A DNA stretch of 64,000 bases from Antedon mediterranea (Eukaryota; Animalia; Echinodermata), in contig NC_092670.1 in NCBI RefSeq assembly GCF_964355755.1, forward strand, positions 35,390,388 through 35,454,387, read 5' to 3'. A program made the position numbers and the translations under genes. Of this stretch, positions 24,237 to 37,100 are shown piece by piece; within the stretch, counting starts at the first letter, position 1; every line of letters begins with the position of its first letter. The notes under the pieces are model-generated. The model was given only the letters and a program-made list of their open reading frames with translations. It was not told the origin of the DNA and searched no databases.

Positions 24237-27200
24237 ATGGCAGAATTTCGGTTTGATTTTGTAGTTAAAGATAACGATGTTGAGACTGATTACCCATTAG
24301 AAACGCTGAAAAGTAATTGTGTATTATCAGTGCATATTAAAATATTAATTAATACTGTAGTAGTATTATGTATTTGCCTCCTAGCCTGACCCTAGGCTAC
24401 TCACACACTGTTTATATACTACTACTACTACTGTATGTACTCTCTAGCGTGAGTAGGCCTATATAGTCCTACTACAGACATCTACAGTAGCTAGGCCTAT
24501 TCTATTTATGCCTACTTGATTCAGATGATACAGACTCCCAGGGTGTATATACTATATTTAACTATAATACTGTACTGTACTAGCAAACTATTTCTCTTCT
24601 AATTTAGTAAGTAACAATACTACAGTGTCAGTAAGTAGGCCTACTAAATTCTAATACAGGGTACAGTAACAATTGTCGTATTCGATTGAGAACTTTCAAC
24701 ATAAAGATTCGTTGAGTACTTTTTGTATTCGAATTGTAAATTTGTGCTCAACAGAAAGTCATTTGAATAGAAAACGTTGACAACGAAAGCTTTTTCGTTT
24801 AAGAACAATCTCAACGCTCAAAATACTCTGTTAAAGAAGTACTCAACGGAAAAACTACTCAACGGTCCACTCGAATACGCTAAATGTCTTTTTTTATTCA
24901 GCTGCAGCTGTTCCCGAAAGTACTACTTCAGCAATAGGGCATAAAACATCATCAAAAAGTGCAGAAGAGCTCATCGTTGATCTGTCAGCTGTGGAAGACC
25001 AGGTTATATCATACTGTTTTATTTTTGTTTCTTACTGTTACATAATCAATGTTGCAAGAATGTAAAAACATACAGTAGTATGAAAGTATGTAGTATGAAA
25101 ATGTCCTGAATGATCACCCCTCAATAATCTTGACACATTCTGTCTGAATAATTTCAACTTTATAACAAAATGAAACATTGTAACAAACTGTAAACAATAT
25201 TGTGTTTTCTTTTTTTCAGATTAACCCTGATGACATTGATGTTATTCAAGTTGGAGATATTGATATCAAATACATAAATTCAACAGGGATAGAAGAAGAG
25301 ATCAGGATAGAGGAGTGTGAAAGGGATAATAAAATCACCAATTCAGACAATTTGGCAAAAGCCATTTTAAACCGTTCAGATTTAATCAGTGGGGTTTATG
25401 AAGGTACTAAGTGTACATTAAAAGGGCACTCAGAGAGTGCAAACCTCCACCTATAATATTAAAACTAAACGTGTTCCCATAAAGCTAGCTATGAACCCAT
25501 CCTTTAAAATCTTATGAAAATCGAGCAATAACTTTTTGAGTAATCCTGCTAACAAATATAGAAATAAAGAAACACACCCAATTGACCTCATAACCATTCT
25601 GGCAGAGGTAATAAGGTTGATCATTGTTATCGTGTTTTTAAGCCACTAAACACAACAAAAACTTACAGTGGTATATATATATAATAAATATTAAAATATC
25701 ATGTAAATTAATTTCAAAATTAACTCCTTCTTCTGTCATGTTAGTGCTGCAGCCATTTCTGGGTTTGAATCTACCATATAAAATGCAAAAAACTCCATAA
25801 GATGCACTGTATCATCATGTATCTATGTTCTGCGTATTTAATTCTTGTCTAACAACAATCTATTTGTTTAACCTTGGCCTCAGGTGGATTGAAAGTATGG
25901 GAGTGCTCTTTAGATCTTGCCAATTTCCTAGCACAAGAAATCACATCATGTGAACATCTTGACGTCCTGGAGTTAGGATGTGGAGCTGGTATCCCAGGGT
26001 TATATCTTATGGCACAGGGTGCTCTAGTACATTTTCAAGATTATGTAAGTTTTAGGTATAGGCCAATAAAAGAGTGCAATTAGTCATTGGGGTGTCGATG
26101 TGCCTATAGTATCACAACTGATGTTGCATGATACTTAGCCTAAAGTTGCCCTTATGTCGACGTGGAAATCAACTGAACTGTGTTGACATTAGTGCTCCGA
26201 GCAACTGACAGGCACAACAAAAATGTTGACATAAGCTTAGTTGCTTTCACTTGTCAATGTCTGGGACTGGAAACATCAAATCAAGTCACACGTATGGTAT
26301 AGGTAACTGTGATCAGTTCAATTTTACCGTAAAAGAGCCTGGGCATACACAACTATGAAGCGCACCGTACAGTTTCAGTATTGAAGTAAGTGCTCACACA
26401 CTAGTTCCTTTCAGTTCTTTCGGTTGCTCAAGATGTCAACATAAGCGGTCTCATGCAACTATAGTTCCTTTCAGTTTGGTTGAGTTGAGTTCCATGTCGA
26501 GTTCTGTTACCCTTTAGTTCCAAATAATGTTTGACTATCTAAATTTCTTAAAATTCTAATTTACTTCACCTGTTTTTCATTAATAGAATTCCGAAGTACT
26601 GGAGCGATTAACTGTGCCAAACGTGATTATGAATCAACAGAATAGAGACGATCAAAAAGGAGTTAAAAATAAGAAAGAAAATCAAATAAAACAATCTTGT
26701 CGTTATTTCATTGGTGACTGGTCCGATATGACAGATGTCCTAAAAACCAACAATATACCCAACAAGTAATTTATTTCTATTCTGAAGGCAGTGCATTCAT
26801 TCAAATTCACATTTATTCAGCAATATAAATATTTACATTACAGAGATCTTACAGAGACAAGTAATTGTCTGTAGTCGTAAGACCCTTTGGAGAAAAAAAA
26901 TATAATCACAAAGAAAAAACATTTTAAAGGTACAACAAAAAAATAAGTAAAAGTGTGCATACATTCATTATATACATCGACAAAATGGCATATTCCATAA
27001 TATAAAACAAACTAATACATATGTATCTAAAAACACCTTGTTATATTAATATGTTGAAGCTAAAAAGAAAAAATGTGGTATAAAATAAAAAGCATCTCAA
27101 AATAATATTTCCATCTTGTGAAAGTCAATATACTACTGTACTGGTAGATAGTCTTAATAAATGATGGAATGTTTTTTTTTGTGAATACACAATGAGTTAC

Positions 27201-28096
27201 AAAACAGGGTTTTTTATAATAATATTTGTATTTTACTCTTTATTAAGGTATGACGTAATACTGACATCTGAAACAATTTATAATGTGTCTTACTATGAAC
27301 GCCTTCATGATCTATTCTCAGCTTCATTAAAACCAGCAGGCTGTGTGTATCCTTTTGATGAAATAAAATCTAGAAAACTAGTGCTTTGGCTGGGGTACTG
27401 TACTGTAGGTCCAGGATTTCTGAAATGGGAAACAGAGGCGTGCTATCCAACCCCCTACTGTACACCCCCTTAATAGAGAAGAGGCCCCCTAAGCTCTTAT
27501 AAATATTACAAAAGGTATAATAAACAAAATGATCCCAAACAATATGGTCTTGAAAAATATACCCCCCCCCCCTCCCCTACATCCCTCTTCTAGATCCCCA
27601 AAAATGTAGTTAAGCTCTGTCTACACTACTACACTAGTTTGAAAAAAACAAGTGTTATGTGCTCAAATATAGTATTGATATACCCAAACATGGTAGTAAT
27701 ATGACATCATCATGTGCATCATAAAGGGGCACGTCACATTTTGATAGTGTAGACAGAGCTTACACTAAAGTATGTTGGGTCAGGGAAAGGTTTTCGTGCT
27801 TTAGATAACTTCTTAACTTGTTATCAGATATGTAGCAGCAAAGACACACTACTTTGGAGTAGGTGGTGGCACCAGAGTCTTTGAAGAATTTGTTATCAAA
27901 AAGCAAATGTTTAACATTAGTTGTTGTTGGAAAAATAATGAAGGTAATATTACAGTTTTCATTTCACTGAATCTATAAATACAGTACTTTACAAATACCA
28001 TTTTTAGTATTTAATTTTTAACATGATTACACAATGTGTTCTTTGTTCTTGATAGGTTTACAACGTGAAATTTTAAAATTGGAATTCAAAACATAG
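24237..28096 (+). CDS. METTL18: Histidine protein methyltransferase 1 homolog (METTL18/Hpm1), 8 coding exons, ~318 aa
   Basis: Exons 24237-24312, 24902-25002, 25220-25403, 25884-26044, 26587-26765, 27248-27346, 27828-27943, 28056-28096 (957 nt, open). Motifs: MAEFRFDF, SDLISGVYEGGLKVWECSLDL, VLELGCGAGIPG, VHFQDYN, FIGDWS, KYDVILTSETIYN, YVAAKTHYFGVGGG, GLQREILKL. Confidence 0.95.
25421..25614 (-). mobile_element. Short Helentron/DINE-like element
   Basis: Ends gcactcagagagtgcaaacctccacc and ggcagaggtaataa resemble the termini of the 16998-18575 element. Confidence 0.55.
27347..27827 (+). other. U12-type (minor spliceosome) GT-AG intron in METTL18
   Basis: 5' splice site GTATCCTTTT. Branch site TTCTTAAC at 27810-27817, ~10 nt before the 3' CAG, with no polypyrimidine tract. 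Splicing restores GCV|YVAAK. Confidence 0.9.
27611..27761. mobile_element. Full-length ~150-bp MITE (TIR taagctctgtctacact)
   Basis: taagctctgtctacact...agtgtagacagagctta. Further copies at ~16345-16387, 20200-20322, 28227-28330, 35928-36083 and 58510-58657. Confidence 0.85.
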
Positions 28097-29108
28097 AAGA
28101 AATTAAATTGGTTTTAGATTCGTGAAATGATTAAAAGACCAAGAACGACAGACGATAAGGTGGAGCAGATTTTACCAGAATGGGAGACAGACGATAATGT
28201 GAAGCAGATTCACGATCCATGCGTCTTAAGCTCTGTCTACACTGTCAAACTTTATGTGACAACAAATGTGATGTGCCCATATATGGACATAATGATGTCA
28301 TATCACTCTACCATATTTGGGCACACTTTCGCCTATAATTGTTGTTAGTATGTATTGTAGTACTACGTTCGAGAAAAGATTAAAACATAAAACAAAGTCA
28401 TGTTATCTAGTAGTATTCAACACTTTTATTTAAATATTGTATATATAATGATGATAAATAATATTTACTATTCATTTTATAAGCCACACTATGATTTACC
28501 TATTCACAGCATATGAAAATCTTCAAAATTTTACCACTGTTTTAATTGTGCCCTTAAACAAGCACAATGTCTAGAATAAGGTACTGCAAATACTGTAGTA
28601 TGTAGACACATAATAGAACCAACAAATTTAAATACATTATAATTTTATAGAATAAGTTTACATGGAGTTGAATGTCAACATGAGCCTGGTAATTACAGTG
28701 TCAGTTCAGATCTTTTTAAAGGACTTTTAACACGGAGCAGTGTACTTGAGTCATTAATATAACTATTGCCATGGAAATACTGAATTATATACAGTAGTAC
28801 ACTATTTATCATTTATAACTAATAGTATATTAAGTATATTTATTGTCCAAAAAAGACCCACAGTGCCACAAATAGCCTAAACTGTAACATTTTTTTACAA
28901 TACAAAAATTCAAAAGAAAACTACATAATAGTTAGTGTTGAGTTATAATTAAGTGCATAAAAACCTGAAAGCTTGTAACACTCCCACCTACCTTTTGAAT
29001 ATCTGAAGCCTAACTTGCAATTACTTACTAGGAAGACCGTTAGATATCATTGCATTTATAGGCCAGCCCTGCCCCTTACAATTATAATTAGCTGTACATC
29101 TTCTAGGC

Positions 29109-31950
29109 CTAGGGTTGTTGTCGTTCATATACCCAATCACCTTCTCCATTATGTAATAGTACTTGATCTACTGTTTCATTTTCTCTGAGCTTTCTAAAGA
29201 CGATCCTGTCGTGGATTCGATTGCTTTGACCTTGCCAAAATTCAATTTGATCTGGAATCACTATATACCCTCCCCTGTACAAAACAATGTTTTTGATAAT
29301 TTTATAACTGATCTTAAATGTACAGAATATAAAAATGTCAATAGAGTAGGGCAAAGATCTTGAATCCTTTTTTTTTCTAAGAAAATTATGAGAGTCAAAT
29401 GGCAGTGCGATTAAGGCAGGGGTACCGTTTACTGTACCCAAAGAGCCAATAATATTGGAATTTGGTTCGTGGCGGACTCGCTCCTACCTATTTGATATAA
29501 ATAGTGGGGAGGGGATAGGGGAGGCTGTAAAAGAACCTCAGAATTAGTTGTAGAATTTTAAAAGTTACCAGAAATCAGGCTTTGGTATAAGTTTACTTTC
29601 ATCTTGGTATTTCAATTCCAATTCTTCCTGTTTTTTAATTAGTACCTAAAAAAAAAAATCAATTTTTAATTACCAGCTTTGACATTTACCATCTTATGAT
29701 GTAAGTTATGATGTAAGTTGCAATGTAAGGCAATCTAACAACAGGACACAGCTCACCTTGCTAAGATAGGAACTCCTAATAGTCCTTTGATCTTATTTCT
29801 GGCTGCGACAACAATACTGTACTATGTACTTATTCTCTGCAACGCGCAGTGTCTGTTAAGGAATGTGGAACTGATCGTGTCGCAGCCACAGATAAACCCT
29901 TTGATCTCTGGAGCTCAGCATCCTGTTGTTAATGTTAGATTGCCTTGCTTTAAACTCATCAATAAAATTGAACAAACATATTTACTGTTACTCGGATTTG
30001 CTATCAAAAGTTTGTATTTTAAATGTTTTTTGATATTGCATGCTTCTATTTTTCACATATTTATGCTACCTTTGTTAAAATGGAAGTTTACTATAGACCA
30101 TGGCAAAAAAAATTAAAACAAAATATGGACTGGCAATGCTATATAACTCTCCAGATGTTCCATGTTGGCACCTCTGTGTTATTGTTTATAAATGCACTAT
30201 TACGTTATATTTAATTGAACATTGCTTACATCTCTGCTGCTGATTGGTTGGCTTTGATTGCTAACAGTTGCACCTATTTGACTACATCTTGGTCTTGAAT
30301 GGAAGTATTTACACGACTCCTCCTCAGACAACCTCCTCACTTTTCCGTCAATCCGAACCTGTAATTAAAATGCAGAAACCCATTATGGTATAACAATATC
30401 GTACAACAATGTGACTGTGATGAACGTCAGTTTACAAAAACAAAACACGTCCTACGTTCAAACGACACATACACTAAACATACACGTTCAACTAAAATTT
30501 CCTTTCGGAAATTTTTTAAATTTTAATTATTTTATAAAGCAAAAAAGAACAGCGTTGTTTTACAAAAATCTATAGACCATTTAATAAGCTCAAAAAATAA
30601 AAACTGGTGGGAAAGGGTATACATGCTCAAAACACAATAATGTGTTAAGTTGTTTGATTTTCAATCTACCGTCTTCGGTGCACAAACTTGTTTAGAACTG
30701 TGCTTTTTAGTATGTGTTCAATGTAGCACAGTAAGTCATAAAACATCATACCTGCTTGTTTAAAGGTTCCCAATAAAACACTAAAGATGCATATGGATTC
30801 TCTTTCTGAAAAAAGACAAATTTTAATTTAATAAATATCGTTGTTTATCAATTATCATCAGTATTCAATCAGTCTTTAAATTTACATTATTTTTGCATCT
30901 TGTATCCTCTGCCTGTGAATGAAAAATGAAATAACAAAAATATGCACAAATCTTAACAACAACAAACTGCTTAAGTTTTCCTAAATTTGAATTAAGAGTT
31001 TATTTTGTACAGATCAAGAAGCCTCCAAAAGTGCTAAATTTAAACCATCTTTTCACTTACAAGTTCTTTCCCTTTGCGACTGTTAAAGTTTGTATAGAAC
31101 TTGAAACCTTCCCTGCAGTAGCCCTTCAAAAGTACCATTCGGGCTGATGGTCTACCTTCTCTAAAACAGTAAATGTGTTATTGATTATAATATAAATATT
31201 AAATGTAGTATTTATAAGAGCCATAAATGTCTCTGAATCTAAATAAAAATTGATCAATTGTGTATATAATACTTAATAAATTACATTAATATGAACTTTG
31301 GCCAAAAATAAATGTTGGTTTTACGTCCAGGATTTGAATTTGAATTACTTTAATTATTAGCCAGTGTGATGTACCAACATGAGAATGATAGGGTAAAAGT
31401 CCAAACTCTTAACAGTAATCATTCAATCCAACATTCAATACATTTTAAATTGAATAGACGTAGGGGGAAAAATAGCAAATCAGAGGAGGCGTGAAAATAT
31501 TCTGTTTTATTTGGCCTATTAAGATCAATTTATATTTAAATTTTCTCAAACTTTTTTTAATTAATTAATTGACAACATGATGAGGACTTCAAATTCTCTC
31601 TCTCGATTCACCACACCTGATGTTGCACCTGATTAAAATGCGAAGCTCATCTAAATTTCTTACTTTGTAGCTGTGGCAATGGTCATTTTATTTCCTTCTT
31701 CAATCTTGTCATTATTGCATGCTTCCTTAAACCAAGCGTCGAATTGTTGAATGGGATCTTTGCTAGAAAGATGACATTCCAAAAACGCTTCATGTTCGCT
31801 TTTGTATGCCGTCCTCATATTAGCCACTTCTACATTGTTTATGTCGTTAATTATGCCCGACATACTCCAAAAGTGAGACGTGCTATTTACAAGACACTTT
31901 GGCACCGGACTGATAAGACGTTTTAAAATAAAACCTCTGAATAGAAACAT
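29109..31950 (-). CDS. PNPO: Pyridoxine-5'-phosphate oxidase, 6 coding exons, ~270 aa
   Basis: Exons 31950-31664, 31160-31061, 30805-30752, 30358-30230, 29645-29569, 29274-29109 (813 nt, open). Motifs: [93 protein letters not shown]. Probable non-coding first exon has its donor at ~32518. Confidence 0.96.
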
Positions 31951-33906
31951 CAAATCTTAAAAAAAAACATACAATTTGTTCAATCTGTAAAGGCTTTGCC
32001 ACTGAATACAAAAAGCCTACCTAAAAAACCTAGGCCCTTTAGTACAGGCCTACTCTATTCAGAAATTATAACTTATTTAAAGTTAATATGATCATCAATC
32101 AAGCTGCGAAGTTAATGTTAACCCAGCCTTATAGTTCAGGCATAGAATGCTACTAACTAGGCCTAGCCCTCAAGAAGGCTAAGCTCACTGTGTACAGCAG
32201 TAGCAAGCCAAGGTCTAGGCATAGCTACTGGGTATGCTTAGTTAGCTGCTGTAGCTAGCCTCTCTATTAGGCTAGTTAGGCCCTGCTGGCCTGGACCTGC
32301 TGGCTGGGCGGACCTGGCCACAACACAACTTCATTCTCACGAGCCTACCAAACTTCATCATAATGCGTCTTCTACTTCCATGGATCGACTTGCTTAGTAT
32401 TTATCAGGGATCTCCTTTATCAGATGCCTAATTTGTTTAGAACAGAATATATGAAAATACTAAAAAGATTACGAATCCAATCAATAGGAATTCTACTTTT
32501 TTTTATTTTAAAGCTTACCTGTGTTACATAACCAAAGAAATGTTTTTAATAACCGGCGGCGGCCAAACAAAGGTCATTTGTCATGGATGAATGATTCTGC
32601 GATTAGTCGATTATTAATATGGGGAGAGAGAGATGTCGGTCTCCAATCAGAGAAGGGTGGATACAAATTAGTAATAATTCATTTCACTTTATTTTTCTAA
32701 TATCAATAATTTATCAATCTCATTAGTAAATGCCTGAGAAATTTACTTCTTAATTTTCTGTAAGATTTCATTAACATGAGATGCACGCAAATTACAATAT
32801 GAAATATCCATCATTGTAAACTATATACTACAGGCCCGCTGTCTAAGCATGTATATTAAGAAGATGGAATCCCATGGAATACAAAGTTAGGCCTACAACA
32901 TGAACAAGAACACTTATACAGTACTAACAATCAAAACGCCAATAAGAAAAGTTTTGCATTTAAATGTGCAAGATAGTAGGCCTATAGAAACTGAATTTCT
33001 GAATTTCATATCTAATATTTTTTTTCACACTATAGATAAATTTCCTTTCGGAAAACTAATAAAACCACTTGTTTTTAATTGAATGCAAAAATATATAGAC
33101 TATTTAATAACCTCAACTGTTATTGTTTTCAGAGGTAGGTTTTGTAAAAATCCTTTCAATAACATTCTTAAAAATAATTTGACCAACATTAAAATGCTCA
33201 CATTATCGTGATATTGAACTTCTGATGACCCGTTAAAATGTATAAATATAAATAATATATAAAAGCTATTTAGAAACTGAACCTTTACTCTTTAACCTGC
33301 ATTCAATTCAATTTATTTCGAATTTTATATGAACAATACATACAATAAACATACATACACTTGCACAATGCTAGATCCCGGGGACCTCAACAGCGAACTC
33401 AATCGCTTTGATGGGAAGAACCTTGAAAAATCATATATGAAACACCGTCATGTGTCTCAATACAACGATACTATATAGTCACAGCATACCATAGCAGGCC
33501 TATGACTATAATACGGTACATTATTCTGGAAACATTTCGAGTGTTTCAAACCTTTGAACTTCTAACATTTATTGCAACCGATTCATTAGTCTTGTGGCTA
33601 ACTATCATTTTGATTGTTTGAGCTTAATAAACGTGACAACGACTTAGAGGCTCGTGCACTAGCATCGGCACTCTAGATAATAAATCCAATCTAAAAAACT
33701 GGTCCGCGACACTAAAATTACCTAAGTAATTTTGGTAGATTTGCTAAATATTAATTTACTTACAGAACGACAAGTTAAAATACAAAAGACGATGAATAAG
33801 TTCTATTTACAATAAATATTCATAAGAAGTGGTTATTTATAACTTATATCATAACTACACTACATTTAACGAAGTTGATGACAATTTCGGAAGATAATTT
33901 CCTCAT

Positions 33907-34072
33907 GCTTGATTGCCACTAGAGACGCAACACAAAGACGTACGGTAACGCAACGTAAGGCAGTTGAGCAATCACAATTAGCGATAAATTATGCGAACTG
34001 TCGCTTATCATTGGTCAACACGCTTGCGTTGCGTTTACGTCCTTGCGATACATCCTAGTGGGAACCAAGCTT
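33907..34072. mobile_element. MITE of the 'cttggttcccactag/aacgcaac' family just downstream of the receptor stop codon
   Basis: gcttgattgccactag...ctagtgggaaccaagc. Same family as 58713-59053. Confidence 0.8.
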
Positions 34073-34115
34073 AAGCAAAAACATATAACATTTAATACAA
34101 AATTAAACTTCAAAA

Positions 34116-37100
34116 TCAAAGACTCGTATCCATCATTGTAAACTGCATTGTTGCCGAAGAAACGAGGTCTGACGTAGATGCCTGACTGTCGGATGATTTT
34201 CGTTTTTGTCGATTGTGGCGTCGCTTCCTCAAGTGATTCTTTACATTCAAACATGATAGAGATATCTTCCATTGCTCACGAACATCTTTGTATCGAGCGC
34301 AGTGAAACACGAAGATAAAAAATCCTTGGAAGGTTAATCCAATAACAAACAATGCCTACAATAATAAAATAAAAAATAGTAATAACTTGCAACACCTAGA
34401 GTCTTAGGTTAAATAGAAATAATGGTTGAGTATTTAGCGCCTAAACACGTTTCTAAAAGTTTGTAAAAAGCAGTGGGTAGATGTTACACATACAGTACTA
34501 CAACTTACATCTTTCACAGTGGCCCCTTCGTGGCGAACTGCTGCCAAAAACGGCGTTAATTTGTCTGTTTACAACGACATTAGTTTGAGAATTTAATTTA
34601 GCTGTTCAATGGTTACTAAAAGAATACATAACGCGTATACCGCATGTAGCTAGTCCCGGGGTTCAATACTGACCTACGTGCCAGGGTTGTAACTCACGAC
34701 TCTTTAACTCCACTCCCTACTAAAGCCTCAAATGTAATTTATAAGCACGAAATTATGAAATACTTTATCCATCCTGTAATTGGCGAGTTTGCTCGCTGTT
34801 GGATGCGTATGAAATATAAACAAAATATACATAAAATTTACAAAAATAATTACAATTGTCCTACCTGGCATACGATTTGAGTTACTTGCAGCGGAGTGTT
34901 GACTGAATTGTAATTGATGATAGCAGCCGCACCAAACACCCACGTAAGACCAAGAAGAACAAATAAGGCAACTGCACCTCTTAGCTGACTCAAACGATAG
35001 TCTCTATTGTCTGAAATACAATATTTGAAGATAAAAATAATAACATACTAAATCGTCACCAGGACTAGTTACCTGACGCGCGCACACGCACCGTAAATCA
35101 TTGTGTGGGAAATTGCGATATGATCAACACGCCAAAAGCTTTCACTTAAGAATATTAGACCCATTCACTTGGAACTTTCATTCAGGATTAAGAGTTTAAG
35201 TAAATGGTGACTCGATCTGGCAAAACTGGCAAATATTTTTTAAATAATGAGAAACTATAAATTATTCAATTTATAAATTTGAAAATGACTCAAGTAGATT
35301 ACAAGAAAAACAGCGTTTGAAAGTTTGCAATAAAATTGTTAAGCTCATAAAATTACCATAATCATGGTTTTGAGTGTTTCCACTTTCATTGACATTAGAC
35401 GGAGATGATGATGCTGGTTAATTTTTGCCTAAATAATGGCAACTTAACTACTTGATACATACTGTCATGCTGTGCTTTGTCTTTAATCACTTTAAGAACA
35501 AGTCCAAAAACCGTTGCGTTGAAAATAACTATCAATGCCATGGGAAAAACAAACACCCAGTAGAAAGTTTTTCTACGCAAGGTGCATCTAAAAATGTAAT
35601 AACAGCATGGTTAGTGTATAGTATATAGTACTTCATTTTCAGTTTTGGAAAGAGAGAAGCTTAAAAGTAGTCTGCACTAACAACTAACAACTTTAGCAAA
35701 TTTGTCTGCAAAATGTTTTTTACCGAGTATGATAATAATGTAAAGTGTGCTCTCGTAGACTTCTCTGCAACCTTGCTTTATGCAGTTTGCCCGTCCATAT
35801 ACTAGCAAATTTAAAACAAACAGCATAAGCATTTCCTTTAGAAACCTAAATACTGATCTACATCTACAATTATGTAGTGTGGATTTATTATTATTGATGA
35901 AAAGGTTAAATAAGAGTGTCATCATTTCTATACACTATCGAACTTTATGTGACAAAAAATGTGATGCGCCCATGGAAATGATGATGTCATATCACTACCA
36001 TATTTGAGCATATCACTATCATAATTTGGGCACATCACATTTTTTTCGTCAAACTAGTTTGATAGTGTAGTAGACAGAGATTTAGATCATCCAACTTACG
36101 TGAATGCACAGTTCGAGTATGTTCCATCATAACATTCCATAGAAAGGAGAAATGGAGTAGAGACTATAAATAATGGCAGCCCTGTAATAACAAATAGTTT
36201 CCTTATTCAAACGTGTCCTTTTTGCAATTAAATTTCACCATCATGGCGATCGTTACTGCTAAATATAGGCCTATTGAAACAACTTTGTCTTTTAGCGTTT
36301 TACAACAAATACACATTATTTTATTATTATTGAATTGAATTGAATTGAAATTTATATTTATACTGCTGGGTAACCTCTTATTTTCACCATAAATTCCTAG
36401 CAGCTAGTGACTATTTGATTCTATATTTTCTTCTTGTGTCGTGTTTGTTTAATTTGTTGATTTGTATTATATTCGTAAAATGTATCTTTTGCCTGAATAA
36501 GTAAAAGAAAAAAAACCCAGAAAAAAACTTGCCCCATGCTATGATACCGCTTCTTAGTACAAAATGCGAAGTGTATTGTGTAAACACTTTCACCAGGGCC
36601 AGGTACAGGTTCACAGCTTCTACTCCATTCCACATCATGGATACAAGTATGAAGTATGAACGAAGAAAGTTTGCCACACGGCAACCACGTATTCCACTAG
36701 TCATGGTTGAACTGATTACGAGTACCAACAGAAGTAGCAATACTGAAACGCTCAGATTGACAAGGATCAAAGTCGGGCGACCTCGTCGTAAGTTGCTAAT
36801 GATAAATGGATTATGGTAAAATATTACATTGACGTCACATCATCAAAATGAGAACAAACTTCAATCAGCTACGTAACTAGATTGACGTTTGTGAATAAAT
36901 AATTACCAAAATATGAGTTAAAGGAGAATTATTTTTAGCACTTTCAATGGCATTACACAGTGGTACTTTGCAGAATGGTGGTAATATGGAGGTAGTCATT
37001 CGGAGTCTGCCTGCACTAAGAGATTATATATGTTACAGTAGACATTTATTGGCTGTTCAATGTGTCCCCTCAATACTGTTGAAAAGGGGTAGGTCTACTA

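Noticed and set aside
28127-28348. 73-aa ORF after METTL18
   Set aside because: It is 3' UTR containing a short duplication and a MITE copy.
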